A DNA stretch of 64,000 nucleotides from an uncultured Opitutales bacterium (GCA_900548185.1 URJJ01000004.1:2130-66129); one strand, 5' to 3'. Positions 8,595-17,965 are shown, numbered from the stretch's first letter. Numbers and translations are program-made. Notes: generated by a model from the sequence alone, not told the origin.

Positions 8595-8777
8595 ATGTCA
8601 GAAGAACAGAAAAAGTCCGCTTTGAATCTTACGTTTTCCGATAAGGAAAGCCTCGAACGCTTCACCACCGAGACCGGCAAGATACTTCCCCGCAAGTTCA
8701 CGGGCCTCAGCGCCAAGGAACAGCGCCACGTGAAGAAGACCATCAAGCAGAGCCGCAATATGCTGCTGATGAAGTAG
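8595..8777 (+). CDS. rpsR: 30S ribosomal protein bS18 (short form)
   Basis: ETGKILPRKFTGLSAKEQRHVKKTIKQSRNM matches the conserved S18 core (GKIxPxRxTG...KxQRxLxxAIKxxR). Confidence 0.8.
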   Translation: MSEEQKKSALNLTFSDKESLERFTTETGKILPRKFTGLSAKEQRHVKKTIKQSRNMLLMK

Positions 8778-8846
8778 GGCTTTTGGGAATACCGTTTTTT
8801 ACCTTTCAGGCGGCTTCGGTCGCCTTTTGTTTTTTAGGGCAAGGCT

Positions 8847-9809
8847 GTGATTTACAAGGTCGGGACATGCTCGCCGTCGGATCCGGCGCTCAGGCTCGCC
8901 GTAGAAATAATACTCGGCGGGGGCATCGTCGCCGTGCCCACAGAAACCGTTTACGGCCTTGCCGCCAACGCCCTTGACGAAGCCGCGGTGCGGAAGGTGT
9001 TTCTCGCCAAGGGGCGCCCTTTCATAGATCCGCTCATCGCCCACGTCCCGGACTTTTCCGCGCTGGAAAAAATAGCGGTTCCAAACGGGAGCGCGCGGAG
9101 GCTCGCGGAGGCGTTCTGCCCGGGGCCGATAACATTCGTGCTTGAAAAGCGCGCGTGCGTGCCCGACGTGGTGAGCGCGGGCCGTCCCACAGTGGCTGTC
9201 CGCATCCCCTCCCACCCTGTAATGAGGGCTTTTATGGAAATGGCAGGCGTTCCGATTTCCGCCCCCAGCGCAAACCCGTTCGGGTATGTCAGCCCCACCC
9301 GCGCCGAGCATGTGGAGGCCCAGCTCGGCTCGAAGGTCGGCGCGGTGCTCGACGGCGGCCCGTGCGAATGCGGGGTGGAGTCCACCATAGTGATGCTTTC
9401 GGACGAGTCAAACCCGATGCTCCTGCGTCCGGGGCCGGTGCCGCGGAGCGAAATCGAACGAGTTCTCGGGCGCAGGCTGGCCGACCCGAAGGATAATAAT
9501 CCGGCCCATCCCCAGGCTCCGGGCATGTTGAAAACCCATTACAGCCCGCTGGCTTCGGTAGAGCTGTTTGACAAGCCCCGCAACTTCGGCGGCGGCTGCG
9601 CCGTAATTTACGCTTCTCGCCCGGCTTCTCCCGGTCCCGACGAATTCTGGCTCAGCGAATCCGGCGACGATGCGGAGGCGGCGCGCAACCTCTTTTCCCT
9701 GATGCGCGCCCTCGACGGAAAGTATTCTAAAATATTCTGTCAGCGTCTGGCTTCGGGAGCTTTGGCGGAAGCGGTAAACGACCGCCTCTCTCGCGCCGCA
9801 GCAAAGTAA
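8847..9809 (+). CDS. tsaC: L-threonylcarbamoyladenylate synthase (Sua5/YrdC family with C-terminal Sua5 domain)
   Basis: The YrdC motif VAVPTETVYGLAANA is present. A length of 320 aa is consistent with the Sua5-type two-domain form. Confidence 0.85.
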   Translation: MIYKVGTCSPSDPALRLAVEIILGGGIVAVPTETVYGLAANALDEAAVRKVFLAKGRPFIDPLIAHVPDFSALEKIAVPNGSARRLAEAFCPGPITFVLEKRACVPDVVSAGRPTVAVRIPSHPVMRAFMEMAGVPISAPSANPFGYVSPTRAEHVEAQLGSKVGAVLDGGPCECGVESTIVMLSDESNPMLLRPGPVPRSEIERVLGRRLADPKDNNPAHPQAPGMLKTHYSPLASVELFDKPRNFGGGCAVIYASRPASPGPDEFWLSESGDDAEAARNLFSLMRALDGKYSKIFCQRLASGALAEAVNDRLSRAAAK

Positions 9810-9810
9810 A

Positions 9811-9932
9811 CGTTCCGTTTAATCTAAGATGCTAACGCATCTTGGTACGGTGTGCGCCGCCGGGTCCGGGCGGCTATGGATTTATCTTACGCATTGCCTG
9901 GCGGCAATCGCTGGGTGGGTACAATCAGGAGT
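9811..9932 (+). repeat. Unit A of tandem structured intergenic repeat (candidate sRNA)
   Basis: Contains the perfect hairpin aagatgc-taac-gcatctt and a GC-rich segment gccgccgggtccgggcggc. It ends ...ggcaatcgctgggtgggtacaatcaggagt and is followed by agtcttttttt. About 90% identical to 10045-10140. Confidence 0.55.
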
Positions 9933-9989
9933 AAATTAGATAGTCTTTTTTTATAAGTAAGCGTTCCGCAAGCGTACCGTTTAACCTAA

Positions 9990-10140
9990 GATGCTAGCGC
10001 ACCAACGTACCGTTGGATCTAAGATGCTTGCGCATCTTGAAACGGTGTGCACCGCCCGGGTCCGGGCGGCTGTGGGTTTATCTTACGCATTGCCTGGCGG
10101 CAATCGCTGGGTGGGGGCAATCGGGAGTGTATGTTGGGGT
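9990..10140 (+). repeat. Unit B of tandem structured intergenic repeat (candidate sRNA) with duplicated leader hairpin
   Basis: It carries two copies of the ctaagatgcNNNNgcatctt hairpin motif followed by the same ~95 nt core as unit A. It is followed by agtctcttttttgt. Confidence 0.55.
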
Positions 10141-10430
10141 GGTCTAATTTGGAGTGAATTTGAAAGTCTCTTTTTTGTAAAAGGGCGTTTTATTTTTTCC
10201 AAAGCTTTGCGATGCGGTGTTGTGGCTATGCAGCTTCTCTTTCTGCGGGAATTTTAGTTGGCGGCGGAGTTGGGGGCGCATTTTTTCGCGGGACTTATGG
10301 GATGTTCGCAGAAAGTTGGCTTCCGACTGATTATTTTATTGCGCGGCGGCATCAGTCCTATTTCATGCTCTCTTGTATGGTATGCCGCTGATTTTCGGAG
10401 GCGTCTTTTCAATTTGAATACGGGAAAAAT

Positions 10431-11072
10431 ATGAAGTTTGCAGGAACGCTTTTGTGCGCGCTTTCGGGTGCGGCCATTTCATGCGCCGCTTTTGCGGCAG
10501 ATACGGTTGAGCTTTTCAACGGGAAGAATCTGGACGGCTGGACGCTCTTTGCCGACGGCGCCTCCGGCGGGGATGTGTTTTCCGCCAAAGACGGGATAAT
10601 ACGCGTCAAGGGGAAGCCGTTCGGGTACATGTTTACAAACGGCAAATATTCGGACTTCAGGCTCCATGTTGAATGGATGTATCCTGCCCAAAAGAGCAAC
10701 AGCGGCATATTCCTCTTTGTCCAGAATCCCCCCGCAATATGGCCGAACGCTGTCGAGTGCCAGCTCTGCGCCGACAGGGCGGGGGATTTTGTGCTTCTCG
10801 GCGGTTCAGACTTGGCCGAATACAAGGCTCCCGAAGGCGGCGCGCGCCCAGCGTTTCCGGTGGTTTCAAAGAGGGGGCCTTCAAACGAAAATCCCGTGGG
10901 CGAATGGAACAGCGCCGACATCATATGTAAAGACGGCTCTATCGAGGTCTTTATAAACGGGACTCTTCAAAACCGCGCCACTGGCTCCATGCATAAGAGC
11001 GGGCACATCGGCCTGCAAAGCGAGGGCGGGGAAATTCTCTTTAGAAACGTGCGCCTCACCCCGCTTGAATGA
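10431..11072 (+). CDS. Secreted DUF1080 (3-keto-disaccharide hydrolase / LamG-like jelly-roll) domain protein
   Basis: An N-terminal signal peptide is present. Motifs typical of DUF1080 are WTLFADG...FSAKDGIIRVKG, GHIGLQSEGGEILFRNVRL. Confidence 0.85.
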   Translation: MKFAGTLLCALSGAAISCAAFAADTVELFNGKNLDGWTLFADGASGGDVFSAKDGIIRVKGKPFGYMFTNGKYSDFRLHVEWMYPAQKSNSGIFLFVQNPPAIWPNAVECQLCADRAGDFVLLGGSDLAEYKAPEGGARPAFPVVSKRGPSNENPVGEWNSADIICKDGSIEVFINGTLQNRATGSMHKSGHIGLQSEGGEILFRNVRLTPLE

Positions 11073-11193
11073 TTGCGGCGCCCCGGGTGTCTCCGGGCGG
11101 CTCGCGCTTGTTTTGCGTTTGCGGATTTCCCCCCGTCTAGCCCGGCGCATGGGATTGCGCTTGCGGGCGCGGAAGTTCAGGCGGCTGGAAATA

Positions 11194-12132
11194 TCAAAAG
11201 ATTTTCCGGCGCGCGTGGCAGTAGGGCGCCTTGCCGTTTCTTTCATAGAAACGCTGGTGGCGTGCTTCGGCAGGGTGGAATTTCGCATCCGGAAGCACTT
11301 TTGTCGCCACGCTGAAGCCTCGGCTTTTGAGGCCGGCTATGATTTCCTCCGCGTCTTTCCTCTGTTCTGGGCTTCCTGCGAAAACCGCCGAGAGGTACTG
11401 CGGCCCTATGTCCGGCCCCTGCCCGTCGGTCTGGGTGAAGTCGTGAATCTCAAAAAAGGCCCTGAGGATGTCGGGGTATGAGGTTTTCGACTTGTCGAAT
11501 ATTATTTCAACCGCCTCCAGATGGCCGGTGTTTCCGGCGCAGACGCTGGCATAGGATGGGTTTTCCGTCCGTCCCCCGGCATATCCCGAGACGCAGGACA
11601 CCACTCCGGAGATTTTCCGCATAAGCTCCTCCACACCCCAAAAGCATCCGCCTGCGACTACCGCGCGCCCTAGGCTTTCTTCGGGGATGAATTTCATTGA
11701 GAGCGAATTTACACAGTGGCGCGTGTTTTTTGGGGTCATGCGCTCGCCTTCAAAAACGTGCCCCAGATGGGCGCCGCAGCGCGCGCAGGCGATTTCGGTG
11801 CGCACTCCGTCGGCGTCCGGAATCCGCGCGACGGCCCCCGGAACGGCGTCGTCGAAGGCGGGCCAGCCGCATCCGGAATCGAACTTGTCGGAGGACTTGT
11901 ACAGGGCGGAGCCGCATGACTTGCATGCGTAAATCCCGCTCCCAAAAAATTTGTCGTACTTGCCGCTGAACGGGGATTCGGTGGCTTTCCCAAACATTAC
12001 CGCCTTCTCTTGCGGCGTGAGGTTTTGCTCCATTGAAAAATCCCTTCCGTGCGCCGCGGCCGCGAAAACGGCCGATGCCGCAAGCGCCCGCGCCAGTTTT
12101 GCCGCGTGCATGCGTCTGCGCAAAATTCCCAT
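11194..12132 (-). CDS. msrBA: Bifunctional methionine sulfoxide reductase MsrB-MsrA fusion with signal peptide
   Basis: The N-terminal half has MsrB zinc/catalytic motifs (CKSCGSALY, CGWPAF, RCGAHLGHVF). The C-terminal half has the MsrA motif GGCFWG. There is an N-terminal hydrophobic signal sequence. Confidence 0.9.
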   Translation of the reverse strand: MGILRRRMHAAKLARALAASAVFAAAAHGRDFSMEQNLTPQEKAVMFGKATESPFSGKYDKFFGSGIYACKSCGSALYKSSDKFDSGCGWPAFDDAVPGAVARIPDADGVRTEIACARCGAHLGHVFEGERMTPKNTRHCVNSLSMKFIPEESLGRAVVAGGCFWGVEELMRKISGVVSCVSGYAGGRTENPSYASVCAGNTGHLEAVEIIFDKSKTSYPDILRAFFEIHDFTQTDGQGPDIGPQYLSAVFAGSPEQRKDAEEIIAGLKSRGFSVATKVLPDAKFHPAEARHQRFYERNGKAPYCHARRKIF

Positions 12133-12162
12133 TCCGGGGGAATCGTAATTTTTTTGCGCCGG

Positions 12163-12990
12163 TTAAAGGGGGGCGTTAGGCGGGCGCCATCCCGAGGCGG
12201 CCAGCCTGCGCATTATTTTCATCATTATCGCCAGCGTGAGGAAGGGGTATATTATGATTCCAAGCTGAGACACTCCGAAGAACGTGAATTCGAGCGCAAA
12301 CATCATCGCAGCCGGGGTCGAGGCTATCAGCGCAATTTTGAAAGCCCCGAAGAGTCCCAGCCCCGGAAGGAGGGTGGCCCCCATTATGCGGGCCGAAAAC
12401 AGGGCAATCAGCACCAGCAGCGCGTCGAAGAAAAACGACACCCCGAAGCATATCGCAGGCAGCATTGTGTAGGCGGCCGCCATTATCTCCCGCTCTATGA
12501 AGCTGCGGGCCGATTCCGGATTTATCTTTATTGGAGCATCCGCTGCCCCGGATTCGGGCAGGCCCCGGTAGGCCATATATCTGGATGCGAGGTCCCGGTA
12601 GAATACGTACTGCTCGGCATCGCCCATTATTATGGCGAGCCTGTCCTTTTCCATTGCAAACATCAGGCCGCGCGTCTGTGCGGGCTCCAAAAAGGACGGC
12701 GTCATGGCCATGAAGTTTTCGCCGTCTTTGAACTTTATGAATACGGGTTTATCCGACTTCATCTTCAGCGTTCCGCCGGATATTTCGGCGTCCGGTATCT
12801 GCGACGCCACATAGTCCTTCTGGGAGGCTGCGAATGAGAGGAAGGCGGGCAGCATGAAGGCGGACGACAGGGCTGTCGAAATGGCGCAGAGAAATAGGAA
12901 ATAAATCGCGGCCTTCCACCGCCAGCCCTCTATGGCCGCCGCATAGTCTTCCGCGCTGTAAAGCGATTTCCAAAGCAGCCTGAACATCAT
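12163..12990 (-). CDS. Polytopic membrane protein of unknown function (DUF1189-like)
   Basis: 275 aa with multiple hydrophobic segments. It is translationally coupled to the downstream RluA-family gene (overlap of stop and start). The family assignment is tentative. Confidence 0.55.
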   Translation of the reverse strand: MMFRLLWKSLYSAEDYAAAIEGWRWKAAIYFLFLCAISTALSSAFMLPAFLSFAASQKDYVASQIPDAEISGGTLKMKSDKPVFIKFKDGENFMAMTPSFLEPAQTRGLMFAMEKDRLAIIMGDAEQYVFYRDLASRYMAYRGLPESGAADAPIKINPESARSFIEREIMAAAYTMLPAICFGVSFFFDALLVLIALFSARIMGATLLPGLGLFGAFKIALIASTPAAMMFALEFTFFGVSQLGIIIYPFLTLAIMMKIMRRLAASGWRPPNAPL

Positions 12991-13793
12991 ATCCCCCTGA
13001 GTTTTGCGGTTGCACGCCCGTCGAATGACAGGGCTTTTTCAAACGATTCCGGAAGCGGGGCTTCCGCGCTGAAGGAGATTTTTTCGCCGCCAATTTCAAA
13101 TTCGACCGAGGTCGAAAAGCAGTGCAGGAACATTCTGGGGATGGAAAATACGGAGCGGAAACGCCTGTTCAACTGGAAGTCGCCGTAGGTCGCGTCGCCG
13201 AGTATTGGCAGGCCGTGTTTTGCGCACTGTATCCTGAGCTGGTGGGTCCGGCCCGTGAGGGGTTCGAGCCTTACGAGCGAAAGCCCCATGCCGTTTTGGT
13301 CCGTCCTTTCAACTTCAAAGTGGGAGCGCGACTTGTACCCGCCGGATTCGGCTGCGCGGCCGCGCACAAAGGCCCCGGTTTTGCGTATTTCGATTAGGTC
13401 CGACCAGTCTCCGCTCTTTACGAAAGACCTCCCGCCGCAGACGGCGTAATACACCTTCTTTGCCGACTTCTCCCTGAAGGCGGCCCTTGCGGCTTCGGCC
13501 ACGCGCCCGTCGGCAGAGGCTAGCATCACGCCCGAGGTCGGGGAGTCCAGCCTGTTTATGAGATGCAGGCGCATCTTTTCCCCGCTTGCAGTATCCTCCC
13601 AGGAGTAGTATTCCCCGCTGAAATTGTACTTTGCGCGCACGATTGACGGGGATTCGTTGCGCTCCCTCTTTGGGTTTGGGTGGGACATTATGCCGGAGCC
13701 CTTGTTTATGGCGATAATCCCGCAGTCCATATAGGCCAGCGGTTCGGCCTTTTTGGCAAAGGGCGTCCTTGCTATGAATTCTTCTATGTTCAT
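12987..13793 (-). CDS. RluA-family pseudouridine synthase
   Basis: The catalytic motif HRLDSPTSG (a variant of HRLDxxTSG) and GRTHQLRIQ are present. Confidence 0.85.
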   Translation of the reverse strand: MNIEEFIARTPFAKKAEPLAYMDCGIIAINKGSGIMSHPNPKRERNESPSIVRAKYNFSGEYYSWEDTASGEKMRLHLINRLDSPTSGVMLASADGRVAEAARAAFREKSAKKVYYAVCGGRSFVKSGDWSDLIEIRKTGAFVRGRAAESGGYKSRSHFEVERTDQNGMGLSLVRLEPLTGRTHQLRIQCAKHGLPILGDATYGDFQLNRRFRSVFSIPRMFLHCFSTSVEFEIGGEKISFSAEAPLPESFEKALSFDGRATAKLRGI

Positions 13794-14884
13794 CGGTAGT
13801 AAAAAGTGAAAGTGACGCTCTGGTTTTGTCCGCCGAATGCGGAAACCATTTCCTCCGTCCAGTCGCCGTAGGGGGCTGTCGTGAGTATGGCCTGCTCGCA
13901 GAGGCTTCGGCCTGTCTGTGTGGAGGTGGAAAATGGGACGCGCATCGAGGTTATGTTCCCGGTTCTATCCAGGAAAAACTCGACGACGACCTGTGTGTTC
14001 GTGGCGTTTGTGAGGTCGTAGTTGCTTCCCAGGAGGTGCCACTGGCGGGCTATGGCCTCGACCATGCGCTGCTGGTAGGCCCCGAACTGGCTGAAGCGCG
14101 AGTTCACCGCCACGAGGCCCAGGGCGTTTGCGTCGGTGTTGCTTGCGGCGAGCGGGCCGGGCGGGGTGCGCATGGAAAGCCTGGGGCGGGGCTTTGGCTT
14201 TGGAAGGCTTTCCGCAGCCTGGCCGGGTTCGGGTTCGGGATTTTCGGAGGGGGATGGCTCGTCATGCCCGGCTTCGGGGAGGGCGGACGGGATGTCGGCG
14301 CGCGGAGTTTCCCCGTCCTGGGACGGCTCCCGGCTCTCTGGGGAGCGCGCCGCCGGGCCTTCGCCGCCGCTTTGCGCTCCGCCTGCGCCTGCAGGTTCCG
14401 GGGCGTGCGCGGAGGGGTTTTCGAGCGGGCGCTCTAGTGTTTCAAATACGCGCTCTTCGGCGCCCCGGTGCGGCTCCTCCATCAGATTTCCGGAAACTAT
14501 CTTTTTTGATTCCTCCATTTCCCCGTCGACTCTCGGCATGTCGGAATCCGAATCGGCGACGGGGTTTTCCTGGGCCGCGCGCTGGTCCTGGAAGGATTCG
14601 AAGCGGGCGTCGGGCGGCGGGGGGAGCATGTTGGCGTCGGGGTTTGCCTCGACGTATTCGGGCGGCAGGGGCTTTTCGGTTTCGGGCGGAATCATTTCAA
14701 GCTCCAGCTCCTCGACGCGCTCGTCCTGATACTGCGCGCGCAGTGAAAACTCGCGGGGCAGGGCCGCCATGAGGGCCGCATGTATGGCGGCTGTGGCAAG
14801 CAGGGCGGCGGACACGGCGCGCCAGTCGGTTCCGGGGCCATCCCAGAGCCGGCGCGGCCTTTCCGCTTTTTTGTCGCCCCGCAT
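13790..14884 (-). CDS. TonB/TolA-like envelope protein with N-terminal membrane anchor and long Pro/Glu-rich linker
   Basis: An N-terminal TM segment is followed by roughly 150 aa rich in P/E/A, then an approximately 90 aa C-terminal globular domain. This is the TonB topology. The sequence match to the TonB C-terminal domain is weak. Confidence 0.4.
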   Translation of the reverse strand: MRGDKKAERPRRLWDGPGTDWRAVSAALLATAAIHAALMAALPREFSLRAQYQDERVEELELEMIPPETEKPLPPEYVEANPDANMLPPPPDARFESFQDQRAAQENPVADSDSDMPRVDGEMEESKKIVSGNLMEEPHRGAEERVFETLERPLENPSAHAPEPAGAGGAQSGGEGPAARSPESREPSQDGETPRADIPSALPEAGHDEPSPSENPEPEPGQAAESLPKPKPRPRLSMRTPPGPLAASNTDANALGLVAVNSRFSQFGAYQQRMVEAIARQWHLLGSNYDLTNATNTQVVVEFFLDRTGNITSMRVPFSTSTQTGRSLCEQAILTTAPYGDWTEEMVSAFGGQNQSVTFTFYYR

Positions 14885-14887
14885 GGT

Positions 14888-15487
14888 TTATTCGCCGGAG
14901 ATTGTGCCGCCTTTGGGGACGCTGTCGAGTTCCTTTTTGAGGAGCCCGACGGGCAGGCCCATCACGTTGTCGAAGGGGCCGTCTATTTTTTCTATGATGC
15001 TGCCACCGCATTCCTGGACTGCATAGGCGCCGGCCTTGTCGAGGACGTGGACTTTTGAAATGTAGTCCCTTATTTCCGCGTCGGAGAGGTTTTTGAATGT
15101 CACGCGGCTTTCGCAGCACGAACTGCGCTCGGCTCCCGGATTGGATACGAGGGCCATCGCGGTAAACACGCTGTGCGTCCTGCCGCGCAGGCGCGAGAGC
15201 ATGGAGAACGCCTCGCCGGCATCGCGCGGCTTGCCGTAGACTGCGCCGTCCAGCACGACTATCGTGTCCGCCCCCAGAACGAGCCTGCCGGGGAACTCTC
15301 CCGCGACCGCGCGCGCCTTCAAAAGGGCGTTGCGCACGGCGATTTCGCGCGTGTCGCCCGGAGATTCCTGAACCTCCTCCTCCACGGAGGCGGGATGCAC
15401 CTCGAAGTCCAGGCCCGCGCGCTCCATCAGCTCGCGGCGGCGCGGGGACGCGGATGCCAGAATTATTTTGTTGCCAAAGGTTGCCAT
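14888..15487 (-). CDS. maf: Maf-like nucleoside triphosphate pyrophosphatase
   Basis: IILASASPRRRELM and GADTIVVLDG motifs are present. Confidence 0.9.
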   Translation of the reverse strand: MATFGNKIILASASPRRRELMERAGLDFEVHPASVEEEVQESPGDTREIAVRNALLKARAVAGEFPGRLVLGADTIVVLDGAVYGKPRDAGEAFSMLSRLRGRTHSVFTAMALVSNPGAERSSCCESRVTFKNLSDAEIRDYISKVHVLDKAGAYAVQECGGSIIEKIDGPFDNVMGLPVGLLKKELDSVPKGGTISGE

Positions 15488-15516
15488 TGACTGAAAATGC
15501 CCCTTAAAGGCCTAAG

Positions 15517-16296
15517 ATGAAAAAAGTTTTGGATATTCGGGATTTGTCGTTTGTTGTAGCGGACAAGCAGATTTTAAAAGGCGTCTGCTGGCAAGTTCAA
15601 AAAGGCGAAAGATGGGCCCTGCTCGGCGCAAACGGCGCGGGGAAAACGTCGCTTCTCTCCACGATTTGCGGGTATAACACGCCCTCCTGCGGAACCATGT
15701 CGGTGGACGGCAAGACCTATTCGGAATACGACTGGCAGAAGGTGCGCGAGCGCATCGCCATCGTAAGCTCTCAGCTAAACCGCCAGATAGGCCCCACGGA
15801 GACTGTGCTCGAAACCGTCGTAAGCGGCGCGTACGCCATGCTGAACTTCTGGGGGGACGCCTCGGCCGAAGTGTGCAGGCGCGCCCTCAGGAAGATGTCT
15901 GAGCTCGAAATAGGGCACCTTGCCCCGTCGCTTTGGGGGAGAATATCCCAGGGCGAGCGCCAGAAGGTTCTGATAGCGCGCGCGCTGATGGTACGCCCGG
16001 CTGTGATATTTCTCGACGAGCCGTGCACCGGCCTTGACCCGGTTGCGCGCGACAGGTTCGTGGCGTTTATGGACTCGGTGTCATCTTCGGGGAAAATCCC
16101 GGCCGTTGTGCTTGCCACGCACCACGTCGAGGAGATTCCGCCGTCCTTTACGCACGCCATCGTCCTAAAGGGCGGGACTGTCTTAAAAAGCGGGGAAATC
16201 GGGAGCGTGGTCGCTTCGGATACGCTGTCTGAAGCCTACGGGGCCAAGTGCCGCGTGTCGCGGCGCGGCGGGAGGTTTTCGCTAAGGGTCTGCTGA
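15517..16296 (+). CDS. ABC transporter ATP-binding protein
   Basis: Walker A GANGAGKTS; ABC signature LSQGERQ; Walker B IFLDEP. Confidence 0.85.
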   Translation: MKKVLDIRDLSFVVADKQILKGVCWQVQKGERWALLGANGAGKTSLLSTICGYNTPSCGTMSVDGKTYSEYDWQKVRERIAIVSSQLNRQIGPTETVLETVVSGAYAMLNFWGDASAEVCRRALRKMSELEIGHLAPSLWGRISQGERQKVLIARALMVRPAVIFLDEPCTGLDPVARDRFVAFMDSVSSSGKIPAVVLATHHVEEIPPSFTHAIVLKGGTVLKSGEIGSVVASDTLSEAYGAKCRVSRRGGRFSLRVC

Positions 16297-16305
16297 CAGG
16301 CCCGC

Positions 16306-16336
16306 AAAAAAAAAGCGCCTCGGGGCGCTTTTTTTT
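16306..16336. terminator. Bidirectional intrinsic terminator between convergent genes
   Basis: aaaaaaaaa-gcgcctcggggcgc-tttttttt is a GC hairpin flanked by an A-run and a T-run. It lies between the ABC ATPase (plus strand) and the YmdB-like gene (minus strand). Confidence 0.7.
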
Positions 16337-16347
16337 GAATCTGGAGT

Positions 16348-17262
16348 TCAGCCCCCGGGGGTGGCTGCCGCCTTTTCAGCAGGGCTTGCTCCCGAGGCTC
16401 CGGGCACGCCTTCCGGAGGGTTTTTCTCCGCGCCCTCTTCGCTGCCCGCAGCCTGGGGCAGGGACTCCCCGAACTTCGGGAATATGAAGGACTCTATTGA
16501 TACCGGCCTCTTTGAGGATTCGTCGAATTCAACAATGGCCCCGCACATGCGGACGTCGTTTTCAGCCACGGCAAAGGCGCGCGGACGCCCGTCCAGAAAA
16601 CGCTTAAGCACCGCGTTTTTGTCGCGCCCGAGGCAGCCGTCCCACGGGCCCGTCATGCCGAGGTCCGATATGTATGCCGTGCCTCCGGGGAGGATTCTCG
16701 CGTCGGCTGTTGGGACGTGGGTGTGGGTGCCGAACACGACGGCGGCGCGCCCGTCGAGGAAGTTGCCCATGGAAATCTTTTCCGAAGTGGTTTCCGCATG
16801 GAAGTCCAGTATGACAGCGTCGCACATTTCAGATAGCTCCACGAGGGCCTTTTCGGCGGCCCTGAACGGGCAGTCGCCCCTTATCTTCATGAGCGTCTGC
16901 CCGATGAGCGAGAATATGCCGAACCTTATCCCGCACTTTTCCACCACCACATAGTCCCTCCCCGGATTCCCGGGGGGCAGGTTGGATGGCTTGCACAGGT
17001 TGGGTATTTCGGGGATTTCCTTTTCAAAGCAGCGCTGGTCCCAGATGTGGTCGCCGAGCGTTATGGCGTCCACGCCTGCGCGCGACACGGCGTCTGCCAT
17101 GTTGCGTGTTATGCCGTTGCCGCCGGCGGCGTTTTCGCCGTTTGCGACCACCAGCGATATTCCGCGCTCCTCCTTTATCTGCGGCAGGAAGTCGGCCAGT
17201 ATCTGCCGGCCGGGCTTCCCTACGATGTCGCCTATGCAGAGGATTTTCATCCTACTTTGCAA
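16348..17262 (-). CDS. ymdB: YmdB-like metallophosphoesterase (TIGR00282 family)
   Basis: MKILCIGDIVGKPGR and GNGIT motifs are present. HTHVPTAD belongs to the calcineurin-like phosphoesterase fold. Confidence 0.85.
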   Translation of the reverse strand: MQSRMKILCIGDIVGKPGRQILADFLPQIKEERGISLVVANGENAAGGNGITRNMADAVSRAGVDAITLGDHIWDQRCFEKEIPEIPNLCKPSNLPPGNPGRDYVVVEKCGIRFGIFSLIGQTLMKIRGDCPFRAAEKALVELSEMCDAVILDFHAETTSEKISMGNFLDGRAAVVFGTHTHVPTADARILPGGTAYISDLGMTGPWDGCLGRDKNAVLKRFLDGRPRAFAVAENDVRMCGAIVEFDESSKRPVSIESFIFPKFGESLPQAAGSEEGAEKNPPEGVPGASGASPAEKAAATPGG

Positions 17263-17920
17263 AGCCGAGCCGCGCGGCCAGCGCCTCCATCTCGGAGCGT
17301 ATTTTCGCCAGGGGGATGGAGCCCTTGATTTCCGTCAGAATGCCGCGCCCTTCGTAGAGCTCTACGAGCGGGTAGGTGACTTCGTGGAACACCCTGAGGC
17401 GGTTTCGTATGGTTTCGGGCTTGTCGTCGTCGCGCGTGACGAGGGTTCCGCCGCATTTGTCGCACACGCCCTTTTCGCGCGGCGGATTGTGGACTGCGTG
17501 GTAGGGGGCTTGGCATCCGGAGCATATCATGCGTCCGGAGAGGCGGGCGACTATTTCGTCGTCGGGTACGTTCAAATATATGACGGCGTTGACGGCCCTG
17601 CCGCTTTCGGCGAGCATTTTGTCGAGTATTTCAGCCTGCGCCACGGTGCGCGGGAAGCCGTCCAAAACAAACCCCTTTTGGGCGTCGGGCTCGGATATCC
17701 TGGCCTTGAGCATCTCGGCGGTGACGTGGTCGGGGACGAGTTCGCCCCTGTCTATGTAGCCCTTGGCGGTCTTGCCGATTTCGGTCATCTCCCTGAGGTT
17801 CTTGCGAAAGAGGTCGCCGGTGGCGATCTGGGGAATTCCGAGTATTTCACAGAGGTCGCCGGCGTTGGTTCCTTTGCCGCTGCCGGGCGCGCCCAGAAGA
17901 ATTATGTATGGATTTTCCAT
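17252..17920 (-). CDS. adk: Adenylate kinase (long form with zinc-binding LID)
   Basis: P-loop GAPGSGKGT; GFVLDGFPRT; LID CxxC...CxxC (CSGC, CDKC). Confidence 0.95.
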   Translation of the reverse strand: MENPYIILLGAPGSGKGTNAGDLCEILGIPQIATGDLFRKNLREMTEIGKTAKGYIDRGELVPDHVTAEMLKARISEPDAQKGFVLDGFPRTVAQAEILDKMLAESGRAVNAVIYLNVPDDEIVARLSGRMICSGCQAPYHAVHNPPREKGVCDKCGGTLVTRDDDKPETIRNRLRVFHEVTYPLVELYEGRGILTEIKGSIPLAKIRSEMEALAARLGFAK

Positions 17921-17965
17921 TGGGATTTGTCAGAGAATCCGATTTAGTTTGAAAATCGGGCGCTT

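Noticed and set aside
9811-10140. Possible CRISPR array, because of repeated hairpin-containing units
   Set aside because: There are only two or three long (~100+ bp) imperfect units with no short regular repeat-spacer periodicity. No cas genes are nearby. This is more consistent with duplicated sRNA-like elements.
12049-12837. 262-aa plus-strand ORF antisense to the DUF1189-like membrane protein gene
   Set aside because: Low-complexity Arg/His/Gly-rich translation with no motifs. It overlaps a convincingly coding minus-strand gene.
14128-14772. Several 190-215 aa plus-strand ORFs antisense to the Pro/Glu-rich TonB-like gene
   Set aside because: These are artefacts of GC-rich low-complexity sequence. 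Their translations are Arg/Gly/Pro homopolymer-like.
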